64,000 nt of DNA, taken from the NCBI GenBank assembly GCA_025603075.1, contig MU626331.1:1-64000 (forward strand), written 5' to 3'. The DNA is from Neoconidiobolus thromboides FSU 785. Lineage: Eukaryota; Fungi; Entomophthoromycota. A model generated the notes under the pieces. That model did not search any database, was not told the origin of the DNA, and worked only from the letters and a program-made list of their open reading frames with translations. This document shows positions 1 through 12,783 of this stretch, piece by piece (within the stretch, counting starts at the first letter, position 1; every line of letters starts with the position of its first letter). The position numbers and the translations under genes are program-made.

Positions 1-53
1 TGAGTGGAAAATTTGTTGCTAAAATTCTTAAATATAAAAATACATCCCCATAT
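1..53 (-). mobile_element. MITE family A, partial copy cut by the window edge
   Basis: TGAGTGGAAAATTTGTT...AAAAATACATCCCCATAT matches the reverse complement of the left half of the 206-310 copy. Confidence 0.8.
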
Positions 54-205
54 GTTAATAAAAAAATTATCTTTTACCTTTAAACAATTTTTTAAAACCC
101 TAAACAAATTAGAATTTAAATATGTTATTTTTTGAAGCTTAATTTAAAAGTCTTATTATTATTGAAACTAGCTTTTTGTTTGTACACTGTGATTTTTTAT
201 AGAAT

Positions 206-310
206 ATATGGGGATGTATTTTTTTGTTTAAGAATTTTACTACAACCTTTCCACTCAAATAGTGCTTAAAAAATGGAAAAATAATGAAACCAAAAAAAAC
301 AGCCCCATAT
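206..310 (+). mobile_element. MITE family A (about 105 bp), reference copy
   Basis: Termini ATATGGGGATGTATTTTT ... AAAAAAACAGCCCCATAT form an imperfect TIR. The core TTTCCACTCAAATAGTGCTTAAAAAATGGAAAAA recurs throughout the window. Confidence 0.85.
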
Positions 311-619
311 ATATAAAATACATTAAAAAATTAAAAAATTATAATAAAAAATAAGAGTAGATTGCTGGATTAAATCAATTAGAACGTTTTGGTTTTTCGA
401 TATGAAATTAAATTTAAGTAGTATAAAAAAATTTATTAGATATAATATAATAATTTTAAGCTCCAAGCCATTTGTTGGTATTTATTTATGGATAAAGGGT
501 AATTTTATAAGTGGCTTGGCAGATAGCTTAAAGCCTAAAAATTATTTATTTTTAATAATATCTCTTTTAGTATTATTTGAATTACAAATAATAATATAAA
601 ATATTTAAAGGATTTTAGC

Positions 620-724
620 ATTGGGGATGTGTTTTCATGTTTAAGAATTTTACTAATAAAATTTCCGCTCAAATAGTGCTTAAAAAATGGAAAAAGTAAT
701 GAAGCCAAAAAAATATCCCCATTA
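620..724 (+). mobile_element. MITE family A copy
   Basis: ATTGGGGATGTG...TTTCCGCTCAAATAGTGCTTAAAAAATGGAAAAAG...ATATCCCCATT. Confidence 0.85.
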
Positions 725-1316
725 TTAGATAAACTCATAAATGACTAAAGAAAAAAAATTAAATGGTAATGGTAAAGTTGTTGATTACAACGATAATTTT
801 AATTATTCAGTTTCTTATACAAAATGTTTATTGATCAAAATTTGTTTTATCTAAGAACGTAATATCTCCAACAATACTTTTTTCTATTGCAAATATATAC
901 TCCTGGCAGTTTTTTAAAATGTTTTAGCTATTTACAAAGTCCTTAATCCAAATTTTGACTAATAAAAAAGGTGGATTTATCAAAATAATTTTTATTCTAA
1001 AAAAACAAATAATGAAAAAAGCTTATCCTTCAACTTTAGTCTTATTGAATTGTTTTACTCTAGCTTTCTTATAATATTTTACTAGATAAAACGCTACCTT
1101 TTTCAGCTAAGGACTAAAAACGATTATAAAAAAATGATACCTCAATAAGTTCAATCCGTTGTTTTTAAAATCAAAACCATTCAAAGGAAAATGCAATGAA
1201 CCATAAATTTATTAGAGGTTGATATAAAACAATGATTTTTCCTTAAAGGATGTATTGAGTATGTAATAGCATATATATAAAAATAATTTCAAAAAATTTA
1301 AACAGAAGATTTTTAT

Positions 1317-2009
1317 ATGCATCCTATTGCTCCAAATAAGGCTTATGATTCATTCAATTACTTTGAAATACATCGCTTAGTAGCTGCTTTTTTATCTATT
1401 GGAATTGGATTATTTATTTTGGTAACAGTAAGACGAAGGGATATCACAAAATTTATCTACTTCATTAGCACATTTTTATTATTTTATTATGCTATAAATC
1501 AATTATACTCCATGATAGTATATCTAGCTGATTTTGAGGTATCCTCAAGCATTGGCAACTACCTTTTGATTCCATTCTCAATCATTCCTCTACTCTTTGG
1601 ATCACTTACACTACATAATCAAAGCTTTGGCTGTTATTCGACAGCTGGATTAGCTGGATTTTTAATTTGGAGTTTATTCTCGGTATTTTTAACAGCAAAC
1701 GTAAGGTATTTCAACTTTACTATAAGCCTTACATTTGTCATTATAGGGTTTATTTATTTCACTTACCATAATAGTAAAAGTGTCTTTAATATATTAAGTT
1801 ATTGGATTGGAACTTGTTTATTAATTCAAGGCATTCAAAATGTTTTACTTGTTTCTATTTTACTAGCTGATAAATTAGACATTTTAGATATTGCCACTTT
1901 AGTGTGTCACATTTCAACTATCTTTATAAAAATTGGTTTGATTGCTTATCTTGATATAAAGGTAAAGCTCATGGAGCTTATAAGTAAAAATAATCAGTCC
2001 ATTACTTAG
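1317..2009 (+). CDS. Intronless orphan integral membrane protein, about 7 TM helices (230 aa)
   Basis: ATG-started 230-codon ORF in very AT-rich DNA, with seven hydrophobic segments and TATATAAA about 40 bp upstream. No family recognised. Confidence 0.7.
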   Translation: MHPIAPNKAYDSFNYFEIHRLVAAFLSIGIGLFILVTVRRRDITKFIYFISTFLLFYYAINQLYSMIVYLADFEVSSSIGNYLLIPFSIIPLLFGSLTLHNQSFGCYSTAGLAGFLIWSLFSVFLTANVRYFNFTISLTFVIIGFIYFTYHNSKSVFNILSYWIGTCLLIQGIQNVLLVSILLADKLDILDIATLVCHISTIFIKIGLIAYLDIKVKLMELISKNNQSIT

Positions 2010-3096
2010 TTCAGCATCTTTTTGTCCAAACTTATTTCATATTATTAACAGATGGGTTCCCATAAGACTAAAAGGCTTTCATCATCTCTACATCCTTATT
2101 TAATTAATTTTTAACTCAAATCATTAATAAATCATTTAAGTGTATGAATTTTATTTAGTTTTTACTATTTGGTTGTAAACACGTTTTATTATTATCTGTT
2201 TTCCAATTGAAGATATATGACAATGACTCTAAATATCTTATAAATAATTCTTTGAGTTAACAAAATGGGAGCTATTCGATAAAAAGGTATCTTTTTAATA
2301 TCAATAAATGTCACTTATTGTCCTTAACTAAACTATAATAATAACCATTAGCTTAATACAAACGACACTAAATATCTATTATTTTAAACTTAATACTATC
2401 CTTAACGCTAAATTTCCATTTGTTAATAAACGCTACCATAAAGATAAGACACTTAAGAGTGGTTATTAGGATTATTGACACCAATTTGAAGATCATTATT
2501 AAGATAGTAAAAATTAGGTTGTCAATTGCACTTATCAAGTTTCAGAGGCTATTTATTTCTTAAGCTTCCACAATATTATTAAGTTATTCAACATTATAAC
2601 ATTGGTTTTCAGCATTCGGGTTCTTTTAATTTTCAGTCGTCCTTTTACTATTAATTACTCAAGTAGCAATAGAATTTAAAACTCTGATATCCTAATTTCC
2701 ATACTAATTTTTATAATGTATAAGCATAATATTTATTTAAAATGTATATAATATCTTATGAAACTTTCAATAGAAGTAACTTTATAATAAGTTAAAGTTT
2801 TAAAAACTATTAAGCTTTCAAAAGGTTTTTTATATATACTAATAAAGCATATGAAAGTTACTAACATTTTCAAGTTTAAAAAAAGTACTTGTGATTAGTT
2901 TGTTATTTCCAAACAATTTTAAACTTGAAATTCAAACTTAAAATATTATTTCAAATATTTTAATAGTATTCTAAAAGGGTATTATTAGAGTATTTACTTA
3001 GCGAAAGTGCCAATATGCTAAATGACATTATATATATCAATAAGTTTAAAGAGTAGCATCTTAATAATAGCAATGAATTCCAGTTCTTGTGGAAAG

Positions 3097-3189
3097 ATAT
3101 GGGGATATATTTTTTATTAGCAATTTTTCCACTCAAATAGCACTTAAGAAATGGAAAAAGCGATGAAACCAAAAAAAACACACCCATAT
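3097..3189 (+). mobile_element. MITE family A copy with an internal deletion
   Basis: ATATGGGGATAT...CCACTCAAATAGCACTTAAGAAATGGAAAAAG...ACACACCCATAT. Confidence 0.8.
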
Positions 3190-3272
3190 ACTTTTTATTC
3201 TTTTAAAAGCGTAAGTAATAATTTAACCGTTAGTTTTAGTTGCTATTATTGAAATAAAATTATAGTCTAACA

Positions 3273-3378
3273 ATATGGGGATGTATTTTTGTGTTTAAGA
3301 ATTTTACTAATAATTTTTCCGCTTAAATAGCGCTTAAAAATGGAAAAAATAATGAAGTCAAAAAAAACATTCCGATAT
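3273..3378 (+). mobile_element. MITE family A copy
   Basis: ATATGGGGATGTATTTTT...CCGCTTAAATAGCGCTTAAAAATGGAAAA...ACATTCCGATAT. Confidence 0.85.
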
Positions 3379-4987
3379 CTTAAATTCCTTAAACAAATAA
3401 TTATAAAAAAATACATAACTAACAAGATATAATTAAAATTTTAACAATGCTTAATCCAAACAAGCTAGCATTGTTCAACTTTTCGGGTATATTATTAATT
3501 TATTTTAATAAAAAATTAGCAAAAGTTCTGAATTTTTACGATTTCTTCCAAAATAAAATACAAATACAATATTTCCTAGCAAAGATTTCCAAGTTGTGTA
3601 TAAAATAATTATGTAAATGTTCACTAGATTTTAATTCAAGGTAATGTAAACTTATTGAGATTACATCAAAAGTTTTTTTATAATCGTAAAAAAAGATTAA
3701 TGATTATTAAGCCATTTTTAAGATGATACAGGTAGTGTATAAGATACTTTGTAAAGAAGATTAAGGGTATTTGATACTATAATTTAAAGTTAGAGTTTCA
3801 CTTTAAAAGTCAAAGAGAGACATACATCAAGTACATTATAAAGTATGCCAAATACCTTTTTAGTATTCCGCTTAAAGTGGTGGTTACTCTAAAAAATTGA
3901 ACTCTTTAATTAAACCTTGGTTTTAAATGGACTTTTATTAAGGGTTTGTTAATTCACATTGTAATTTCTATAAAATATAAAATATCAAAGTTAGTATTAA
4001 TCTTTTAAAAATATATAAAGTAATTATGTAGTTTGATAAAAATCGGCTGTTTTTTGTTTACAGCAATATATTTATTGTATAATATGTCAAAAGTAGTGGT
4101 AGTGATGATTGTTTTTGACAAAATTACTAATGGATTGATTATAAAGTCTAGATTTATGATTATGTAATTAAAAATATCCTCAAAATGCAAAATTAATTAC
4201 AAAAAAATTAATATAGAACCAACATAAAAATCTAGATTTTAATATTACAATACTTTTTAATGATAAGCTCTTCCACTTAACGATTAAATAAAGTAGTATT
4301 CGAATTTTCATAGATGAGATCATATTAAAAAACAAGCAGATGCGTTTAGTTTAACACGATTTAACTAAGTAATTTTATACTTTATTTAACTAAATTTTTC
4401 TCAAAAAAATTATATCATCTTGCATATTTTAATATTTCAAATATTTTATCATTTTTTGCTTTAAATATTAAATAAAATTAATGAGATAATAATACTATTG
4501 TAATGTAATTTTAACTAACAAATATCAAATAGAATTTGTGAAAAAATTTAAAAATTTACTTGTTTGCTACCCTCAACGATTTAGGGTAATGAAACCAAGC
4601 ATTATAAAAATCTATTAAAATTTTTAGGATCTTAAAAAAAGACAACTAAAAAGGATGTTATAATACTAACTAACAAATTCATTCATTTAGCTAAATAAAA
4701 ATAGAACATTTATTTGAAATCCAATTTATAATTTATTCAATACTACCTTTTTTTTCTCCACTTTTAAATAAACTCAATCTAGACTCTCCCTTTTCTAAAA
4801 GTAACATTGAGATTTATAACCGATCCGAGTATAAAAGTATATAAGAACAATCCAAGTAAATAAAAAAAGTTATTGAATATTATTTTGTATTGAAAATTTA
4901 GTTTTCGTTTATTTATTTACTATAATTAATTTAACTAATAATATCCCATTTAACAAAGCTGGTATTTGTATATTACACAATTTAAAT

Positions 4988-5587
4988 ATGGAATCGCAAT
5001 ACAGTTTTATACCCGTCAATAATACATTTAATAATAATACCATTACCCCTAATAGGAGTGTAAAGAATACTACTGATGTAAGTGAGTATAGATTTATAGA
5101 TGAAAACAATATGAATCGATTTCCGAAATACAGTTATTCTGTACCTAATGTGAATATCAAATCAGAAGTACCAATTCGAAGGAAACAAATTAATATACGT
5201 TTACCCTCTTTGAAAGATTTAAATTTAATCCCCATTACATATAAAGAAGCCGAAGTAGGTGCTAATAATCATTTGACTAGTCCAATACAAACTCAAAGTG
5301 AACCTAACTTACATGAATCAAATCCAAAATTTATAATCATTCATGAGAATCAACACGATAGTCCACTACCTAATCAAAGGTGGAAAGTTACTAAAGAACA
5401 GGCTAAATTATTAAATTCGATATTAAAAAAAAATTATTATCCTAATACGCAATTAAGAAATAAGTTAGCTAAAGAATTAGCTTTATCTCCAAGGACAGTT
5501 CAAATTTGGTTTCAAAATAAACGACAAGCTTATAAGTATAAGTTTGGTACTAATCCCCCACATTCTAATCAATTGAATCATATTTAA
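4988..5587 (+). CDS. Homeodomain transcription factor, Yox1/Yhp1-like (199 aa)
   Basis: C-terminal homeodomain RWKVTKEQAKLL...LSPRTVQIWFQNKRQ (W48 F49 Q50 N51 R53) and an upstream LPSLKDL motif. Confidence 0.9.
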   Translation: MESQYSFIPVNNTFNNNTITPNRSVKNTTDVSEYRFIDENNMNRFPKYSYSVPNVNIKSEVPIRRKQINIRLPSLKDLNLIPITYKEAEVGANNHLTSPIQTQSEPNLHESNPKFIIIHENQHDSPLPNQRWKVTKEQAKLLNSILKKNYYPNTQLRNKLAKELALSPRTVQIWFQNKRQAYKYKFGTNPPHSNQLNHI

Positions 5588-7215
5588 TATTATTTGCTCC
5601 TTTTTTACTTTTCCTTGTGCTCTGTTTGAGTTTTTATTTATTTTAGGTTTTTTAATTAATCTTTTATTTTTATTTATTTATTTCAATTAATAAACCCTCA
5701 TTTTAATCTTATCAAGTTGTATTTTTAATTTATCTAATAATCTAGATTCTCTTATAACTCAAATAAAATTCGTTTCTTTTAAATATTATAATTAGATAGA
5801 TTACAGTAAAATAAAATTTATTTACTTTATCAAATAAATGCTAGATTAAGGGAGAAGCTTAAAAAAATACCCCAATAAAACTAAATTGAGGCAACTAAAA
5901 TCAAGTATCCAATAATATTTGTCAAACTAGGACTCTTGTAAGGATTTTTAATTAGCTAATTTGAGGTTTTGTCAAATTTTAATATATTTTTTTAGGACAT
6001 TTGTAAAGGACTATTTTTGATTAGATGAATTTGAATGCTATGTTAAAATTTGGAATATATTACTTTCAGTTTGAATGCAAGTTTCAACTAAATAAAAAAA
6101 TCAAATAAAAAAATCAAATAAAAGAATTATAGAATTCGGTTTCTAGGTTTTAACTTTTTAGTTTTTAAACAGTTAAGTTTTTAATTACTTTTATTATATT
6201 TATTTATTAAAAAGCATATATTTAATTACTTTAATGTTTTTTCTCGATATACCTTTTTTATAACTAAATTAAAAATCGGAAAATGATTACATTTTGAGCC
6301 GATTTTAACCCAATATTGTAATTTATTTGGTTTTATATGAAAAATGCTTTAAGGCAACGATAAATGTATTAATAAAAACTAATTAAATTTCAAACCTTTG
6401 GAGTCAATACTTATTATTTCTTATTCAAATGAGTCAAGTTTCTTTTATTTTTAATGCAAATTGATCACTTCAATATTAAAAGCAAGCTATGTTTGCATAC
6501 AATTTAAATAATAGCCAAATTAAGAATCACTACTATTATAATATTTATATAAGATAAAAAATAATCTAAGTCTTTATATAATCATCTTTATTAATACACA
6601 TTCAAAAACCATTTTTAATGTGGTATTTAATTTAATATTAAAATAAAGAGTGTTAGATTCTATAGAAAAATGGATTGTAGATGCTAAATCATTATATAAC
6701 TACTTCTAAGTTAATTCTTTATTTCAAACACACTACTACTCTCTATTATAATAATATGAGTTGCTATTACAAATAATACTATTTTACTAATCATTTATTA
6801 TGGACTATAATATAATATCAGCATGGTTATTATAAGTAATCCAACTAGTATAAATATATTAAAAGATCCTTATTAAATGAGTGATTTTTATTTATATTCG
6901 AGTATAACATTATTTTATGTTAAGTTCCTTGCTAAGAAAATAAAACTAAAAGATTAAAGGATGATATTGAAGCTAGCCTAATTTAAACTTAGAATCTTCC
7001 AAGTTGAGATTTAAGCAAAGTAAAGAAATTTTTCAACAAAAACAAATTTAATTTTATTCAAAACAAAATCCATTTATTTGAAATAATTGCAAAACTTGCA
7101 AATGGAGCAACTGTGATTAAAGATTGAATTTATCTTTTAGTTAAATTTTGATAATAGAAGATAAGTATATAATAGACCAAACCCAGTCCAACAGTTCAAC
7201 AGTCCAACAAAAAAA

Positions 7216-8849
7216 ATGCGTTTTACTCCGATAACCTTCAACACACTCGTCAACCCCTTACGCTACAATCCAGGTACTCGAAGTATTAATTGGTTTCCAG
7301 GACATATGGCCAAAGGTATTCGAGAGATTGAAACTCGACTTAAACAAATTGATGTTATTCTTGAAATACGAGACTGCCGAATACCATTAAGTTCTATTAA
7401 TCCTAGATTTGAACAGATGATCAAAAATGAAAGAATGAGGAATAGGGATGGTAGCAATGACATTCAAAGAGTGATTGTGTATAATAAAAGGGATTTGATA
7501 GAGGATAAAGAAGTTAAAGTAAATTAATAGGTTTATTATTAATTTTCTGAACAGTAATTAATACGATGGTTTTAGTTGATTAAATATGGGTTCAAAAAAT
7601 ACACTTCTGATAAATTATTATTTACTGATAAAAATGAAAATCAAACAGTAGAAAGATTGTTGAATGTTATTAAAGGTAAACATACAAATCTTATAATATA
7701 ATAAGAATAATAAAAATAATAAAAATAATCTTAAAAGGTGATATCAAAAAACAACCTTTGCGTTATCCATTCCTTAATGTTATGGTAGTGGGTATGCCTA
7801 ATGTTGGTAAATCAAGTATTATTAACTCATTAAGAAGAGTGGGGGTCAATAAAGGTAATCGGATTAAGAAGAAACCATAGAAATCTTTATAAAAATTGAT
7901 AAAATAATTAGGTAAAGCTTTAACAACTGGGGGACAGCCAGGAATTACTAGAAATATTTCTTCTTCTATTAAAGTAGCTGATAATCCAGCTATTTATTTA
8001 TATGATACTCCAGGTAAGTTTGAAACATTATTATATAATTTATCTAAATCGAATTTATACTTATATTCTTAATTAGGCGTTATGATACCTCATATACCAG
8101 ATCCATTAATATCTTTAAAAGTGGCATTATCAGGTAATATTAATTATCAAAATGTAATTATATGTTAACAGTATTAATATTATATTATAGGTGGTATTCA
8201 TGATCATTTAGCAGATGAAATTATATTAAGTGATTATTTATTATGGGAATTAAATCAACGTAGCGAAAGAAATTATCATCAATTATATTTAAAAAATGAT
8301 AATAATAATATAGAAAACGTAGACAATAATAATATAAATAATATAGATGATATCAACGAATTATTAACTAAAATAGCAAATAAAGCAGGTATATTAAATA
8401 AAGGAGGAATAGTTAACTTAAATGAAGCAGCAAAATATTTCTTAAAAAGATATCGATTAGGTAAATTAGGTAAATTTGTGTTAGATGATATTACAGAATT
8501 AGGATTCCAACATTATTTTAATTATTTAAATGCAGTTAATGATATGAATTTTAAAAATAAAAAAATTCATGTAATTAATAAAAAGAATTTAAGTGATAGT
8601 AATAATTATGAGAATGAGAGTGTTATTGATAATAATAGGGGTAATGAAAAGAATATAAGAAATAAGGATAACAAGGATAAGATAAAGAATAAAGAGAATA
8701 TGGATATAAACAATACAAATAATATATATAACGTTAATCCCAATTATCAAATAATACCATCTAAACAGTTAAAATTAAAAATGAAAAAACAAATAAGATT
8801 AGATAAAATTAATAAGAAAAAAGCAATGATGCCAGGATTAAAATTTTAA
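7216..8849 (+). CDS. MTG1: Mitochondrial ribosome-assembly GTPase (RbgA/YlqF/Mtg1 family), 6 exons
   Basis: WFPGHMAKG, DVILEIRDCRIPLSSINP, NKRD (G4), GMPNVGKSS (G1), PGIT (G2) and DTPG (G3), joined across five GT-AG introns (about 7519-7575, 7676-7737, 7855-7910, 8013-8076, 8133-8190). Stop at 8847-8849. Confidence 0.9.
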
Positions 8850-10459
8850 TTAAGATAAATCAAATTTACTCAAAATAGAATCCCTTGTATAAAAATAGAC
8901 TTCATTTAATGAGTTACCTTTCATAGATAATATAGGATCTAAATCATCAATTAAAATTTCGGAATTATAATGAAGTTTTAAGGTATTGTTAATAGAAGTA
9001 GAATTTAATTCAAATTGTGAAATTGTACCATCATCTAAAATAGAATAAAAATAGAATATAAATTAATAAATTATATAAATAAAAAGTAAAAATAAATGAA
9101 TGATCATATTTAATTTGAACTTACCAAAACTTAATAATAATTGATTATTTATAATTAATGATTGTATTAAACTTTTTAATTTATTAAATTGAATTTTATA
9201 TAATTCAATTAATTCCAAGTTTGATAGATTAATTTGTATTAATTCAATAACTCCATCAGGATTACTTTTAATTATATAATATTGATTATTATAAAATATT
9301 AGTTGACCATTTTCTATTTTATTATCAAAGTGAATCTTTTTAATTATATTTTTATCTTTTAAATTAATAAAATTAATTTCTTTAATTGTAATAACAACTA
9401 CTATTTTATCTAATAATCCAAATTCTTCTAAATTATCATTATCTCCCTCAATTTCCCTCTTTCCATCCAACTTGATTGTTCCTACACTTAAAATCTCATC
9501 CTTTAACTTCCAATCAAACAATACTTTTTCCAAAGCAACATTCCATAACGACACCATTCTGTCCTTTCCAACAGTGATAATATTTCTTCCCTTTTCAATA
9601 ATATTTAAATCAAATACTCTTTGTGAATGTGCTTTTAAACTTCTAGCAACATAATCTTTTTCTTGTAAGGATATAATTTTACTAGTTAAATCATCGGAAC
9701 CAGTTAAGATCACTTGATCACTTGGAAAATGTAATACTTTATAAATTGTACCAAAATGAGCTGTAATAGATTGAATACAAGTTAAATCAGAGGTAGAATA
9801 TTCGACAAGATAACCATCGGCAGCAGCGAGGATTAATTTTGATGAACTTGAATTTAATGACATGGATTTATGACCCTAAAGAGAAAGAGATTAGTATATC
9901 ATAAGTGATAAAAAGATGATAATTACTCTTGGACCTATTTTTTTTCGTTGTAATAAAGGTTGGGATAAATAGTGTATTTTTTGTAAAACTGTATTTTCAA
10001 TAGTTGATAAAATAATGAATAAATTTGGCTATAAATTTTATTTTGTTTTTAATTTAAAGTATTATTATTAAAATGAGTAGAATTTACCTTGATTTTATTA
10101 GTGATATCAATAGTGAGTGTTATTTTATGTTTATCCATTATTTGCACATAGATTAATTCCGTTTGATTATTACAAGTGGTTAATAAATTAATTACATCAA
10201 CAGTAATAAATTTCATTTCTAATAATTAAGATAAATAAATCATTAACAAAATTATTACAACATCAATAATAATAAAACATCAATAATAATGTTTACCTTC
10301 CAATTGAATATTACACCAAAATTGTTTTTCATGATTAGGTAATGAGTTTAAATAATCTAATTTATCCTTATTTTCAATTACTTGAGTTACTATTTCATAC
10401 CAGTCTCTCTGAACTTTAATAGAATATAAGTCTAATTCATTGACAGCAGTTATACCCAT
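8850..10459 (-). CDS. RPN14: WD40 proteasome assembly chaperone PAAF1/Rpn14 homolog, multi-exon
   Basis: N-terminal IKVQRDW (PAAF1: RIQSDW). WD repeats AHFGTIYKVLHFPSDQVILTGSDD and AHSQRVFDLNIIEKGRNIITVGKDRMVSLWNV (PAAF1: GHKGGILDTAIVDRGRNVVSASRDGTARLWD). C-terminus DLDPI...YTRDSILSKFDLS*. Internal splice sites were only partly resolved. Confidence 0.8.
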
Positions 10460-10626
10460 TATTATTTTGATTAGTTGTAATAATAATAATAACAATAACA
10501 ATAAAAAAAATTTGAGACTTACTGAATTTCCAACTTTTTGACTAAGAAATTTTCAATTGAACTAAGCAAATAAAATGACGTCTTATAATTATTTGATGAA
10601 AAAAAGTAAAAATCAAATAATATCTT

Positions 10627-10915
10627 TTATTCCATCTTCTCTTTTTTTTTTTTCACATTGATATAATTAAAAGGACAATGTCGACAGCGATTACCACAAC
10701 AGTTACCTCTTTTAAGATGATAAAGATCAGTAAATACTAAATACCCAGTTTCAGGATCTTTATAATAATCTTTATTTTGCTAATTAAAAAAACAATTAAT
10801 ATTAATAATCAGTAGTGATAATAAATGGAAGCAATTTACTTACTTTTATTGCTTTTGAATATACTTCTTCATATGGCTGATTATGATGAGAATTAATGTA
10901 ATTGGAATTACTCAT
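10627..10915 (-). CDS. Small Cys/His-rich DUF5522 / C1orf53-like protein (74 aa, 2 exons), absent from the ORF track
   Basis: Exon 10915-10844, GT-AG intron 10843-10780 and exon 10779-10627 give ...YYKDPETGYLVFTDLYHLKRGNCCGNRCRHCPFNYINVKKKKEKME*. This matches the remembered DPxTGYxVxTxxxHxxRGxCCGxxCRHCP family signature. Confidence 0.75.
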
Positions 10916-11555
10916 ATTTCTTTTGAATATTAATTGGAAAATTGATAGTTGTTTTGACATGATTTTTAAATCATTGATTTTTTTAAATAAAAATTGGCTG
11001 GAGTTTTAGTTGTTCAAATTGAAATTTGAAATTGATTGATAAAGAGCTTTGATTATTGGTTAGAATAATAATATATTTTTTTGAGTATTTGATATTTGAA
11101 ATAACTTGCAGTGTTTGAAAAGAAATACTAAAAAAGCATAATCAACTTTACAATTTAAAATTTTAAAAATATTATATTATATAATTAAAGAAAAAATAAG
11201 TTTTATAATAAATAAAATTAATCAAAAAAATAATTAAGGAAGACTAATATTTTTATATATAAAAGTATTTATAATTTTTACAAACATTTCAAATAATTAA
11301 TAATAATTCAAAAAAAGAAATTAAATCGGGAATTAAAAAATAATAATATAAAAAGCCTAAAAGGCTGTACTTTTTTAAATGCTACAAGTTTTTTTAAAAA
11401 GTTAAAATTGTAATTAATTAAAGCATGTTTTTAAACTGTAAATAACATAATTAGAAAAGCTTAAATATATATAAAGTAAGTTTGAATCATATTATAAATT
11501 ATAAAATTAATTCCAAAAAGCTATACAAAAGCTATTTAACCAATAAAAAGTAAAT

Positions 11556-11660
11556 ATATGGGGGTGTTTTTTTAGCTTTATCGCTTTTTCCATTTTCAAG
11601 CGCTATTTGAGTGGAAAGGTTGTCAGTGAAATCCTTAAACAAAAAAATACATCCCCATAT
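11556..11660 (-). mobile_element. MITE family A copy
   Basis: ATATGGGGGTGTTTTTTT...CAAGCGCTATTTGAGTGGAAAGG...AATACATCCCCATAT. Confidence 0.85.
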
Positions 11661-11841
11661 GTTATATTTTTACAAATCAAGCGACTATTTAATTAATGTA
11701 TTTTCAGGTTATTTAGTATGATCCTTGTTTTCAGCTTTTATTTTAAATCAAATACTCAACTTGATCATCAACTTTATTTTTTCTATTATTAACACAATAT
11801 TATCATTTTATTATAAATAGATAGGGCAGAGTGTGGCATAT

Positions 11842-12403
11842 TGTTGGATTGAATCCACTTTATTGGTTCAAGATATTCAAGGTTTTGGTTTTAATTCTAT
11901 CATCTTTGTTTCGAAAGCTGAGGTCTCAGTTAGCATTTATCTCATAGTGTGAAATCTGGTACTCAGGGTTTGGAGTCAAGAACAGCTATTGCTGGGTTGA
12001 CTACACTATAAGTCGAAAGGTCTTAGTTTATGTNNNNNNNNNNNNNNNNNNNNNNNNNNNNNNNNNNNNNNNNNNNNNNNNNNNNNNNNNNNNNNNNNNN
12101 NNNNNNNNNNNNNNNNNNNNNNNNNNNNNNNNNNNNNNNNNNNNNNNNNNNNNNNNNNNNNNNNNNNNNNNNNNNNNNNNNNNNNNNNNNNNNNNNNNNN
12201 NNNNNNNNNNNNNNNNNNNNNNNNNNNNNNNNNNNNNNNNNNNNNNNNNNNNNACTTTATTAAATGTTCGAGATATCAGGGATTAATTCAGTTAAAAAGC
12301 CTCGAACTATTATACTCTGTAAACTCTTTTATACTCTGAAAAGTATAAGTATCAAAATGAGAAGATAATGTTCTTTTGGGCGGAACTAGAAATTCTCATA
12401 ACA
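11842..12403 (-). mobile_element. Possible retrotransposon LTR spanning an assembly gap
   Basis: Minus strand begins TGTTATGAG and ends ATCCAACA (TG..CA with short inverted termini). It has TATAAAAG in the first part and AATAAA shortly before the end, is less AT-rich than its flanks, and contains the gap at 12034-12253. No matching TSD. Confidence 0.35.
12034..12253. other. Assembly gap (N run)
   Basis: Run of N. Confidence 1.
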
Positions 12404-12783
12404 AATCAAAATAATTAACCATGGGACTGACAAAGCGATATTTCACAATAGTTCATATTTCAACCAACTTACTAAAGATTGCTTTGTTATACTTTATCTT
12501 TACAAACAAGAAAAATAATGATAAGAAGAGACAACATGTTAATTTAGATCAACAATGATTTAGTATTTTTAAACCTAAATCTTTGTTTGCTCATTAAAAT
12601 AAAGCTAAATTTAAACACTTGTTCGTTGTGTTTGTAATTATTGTATCTCTTTTAAGTTGTTATTTTTGCTTTCTATACAAATAATAGCCATCATAAATAT
12701 AAAAATACTCAAAAAATAAAAAATAAAAAATAAAAATAAAATAGTTTATTCTAATTTTGAAAGCAATGTTGGTAGTAGTAGAA

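Noticed and set aside
206-724. Repeat-spacer-like spacing of MITE copies suggesting a CRISPR array
   Set aside because: Units are about 105 bp with TIRs, occur in both orientations and are irregularly spaced. The context is eukaryotic and there are no cas genes.
12030-12263. ORF made of X residues
   Set aside because: Artefact of the N gap.
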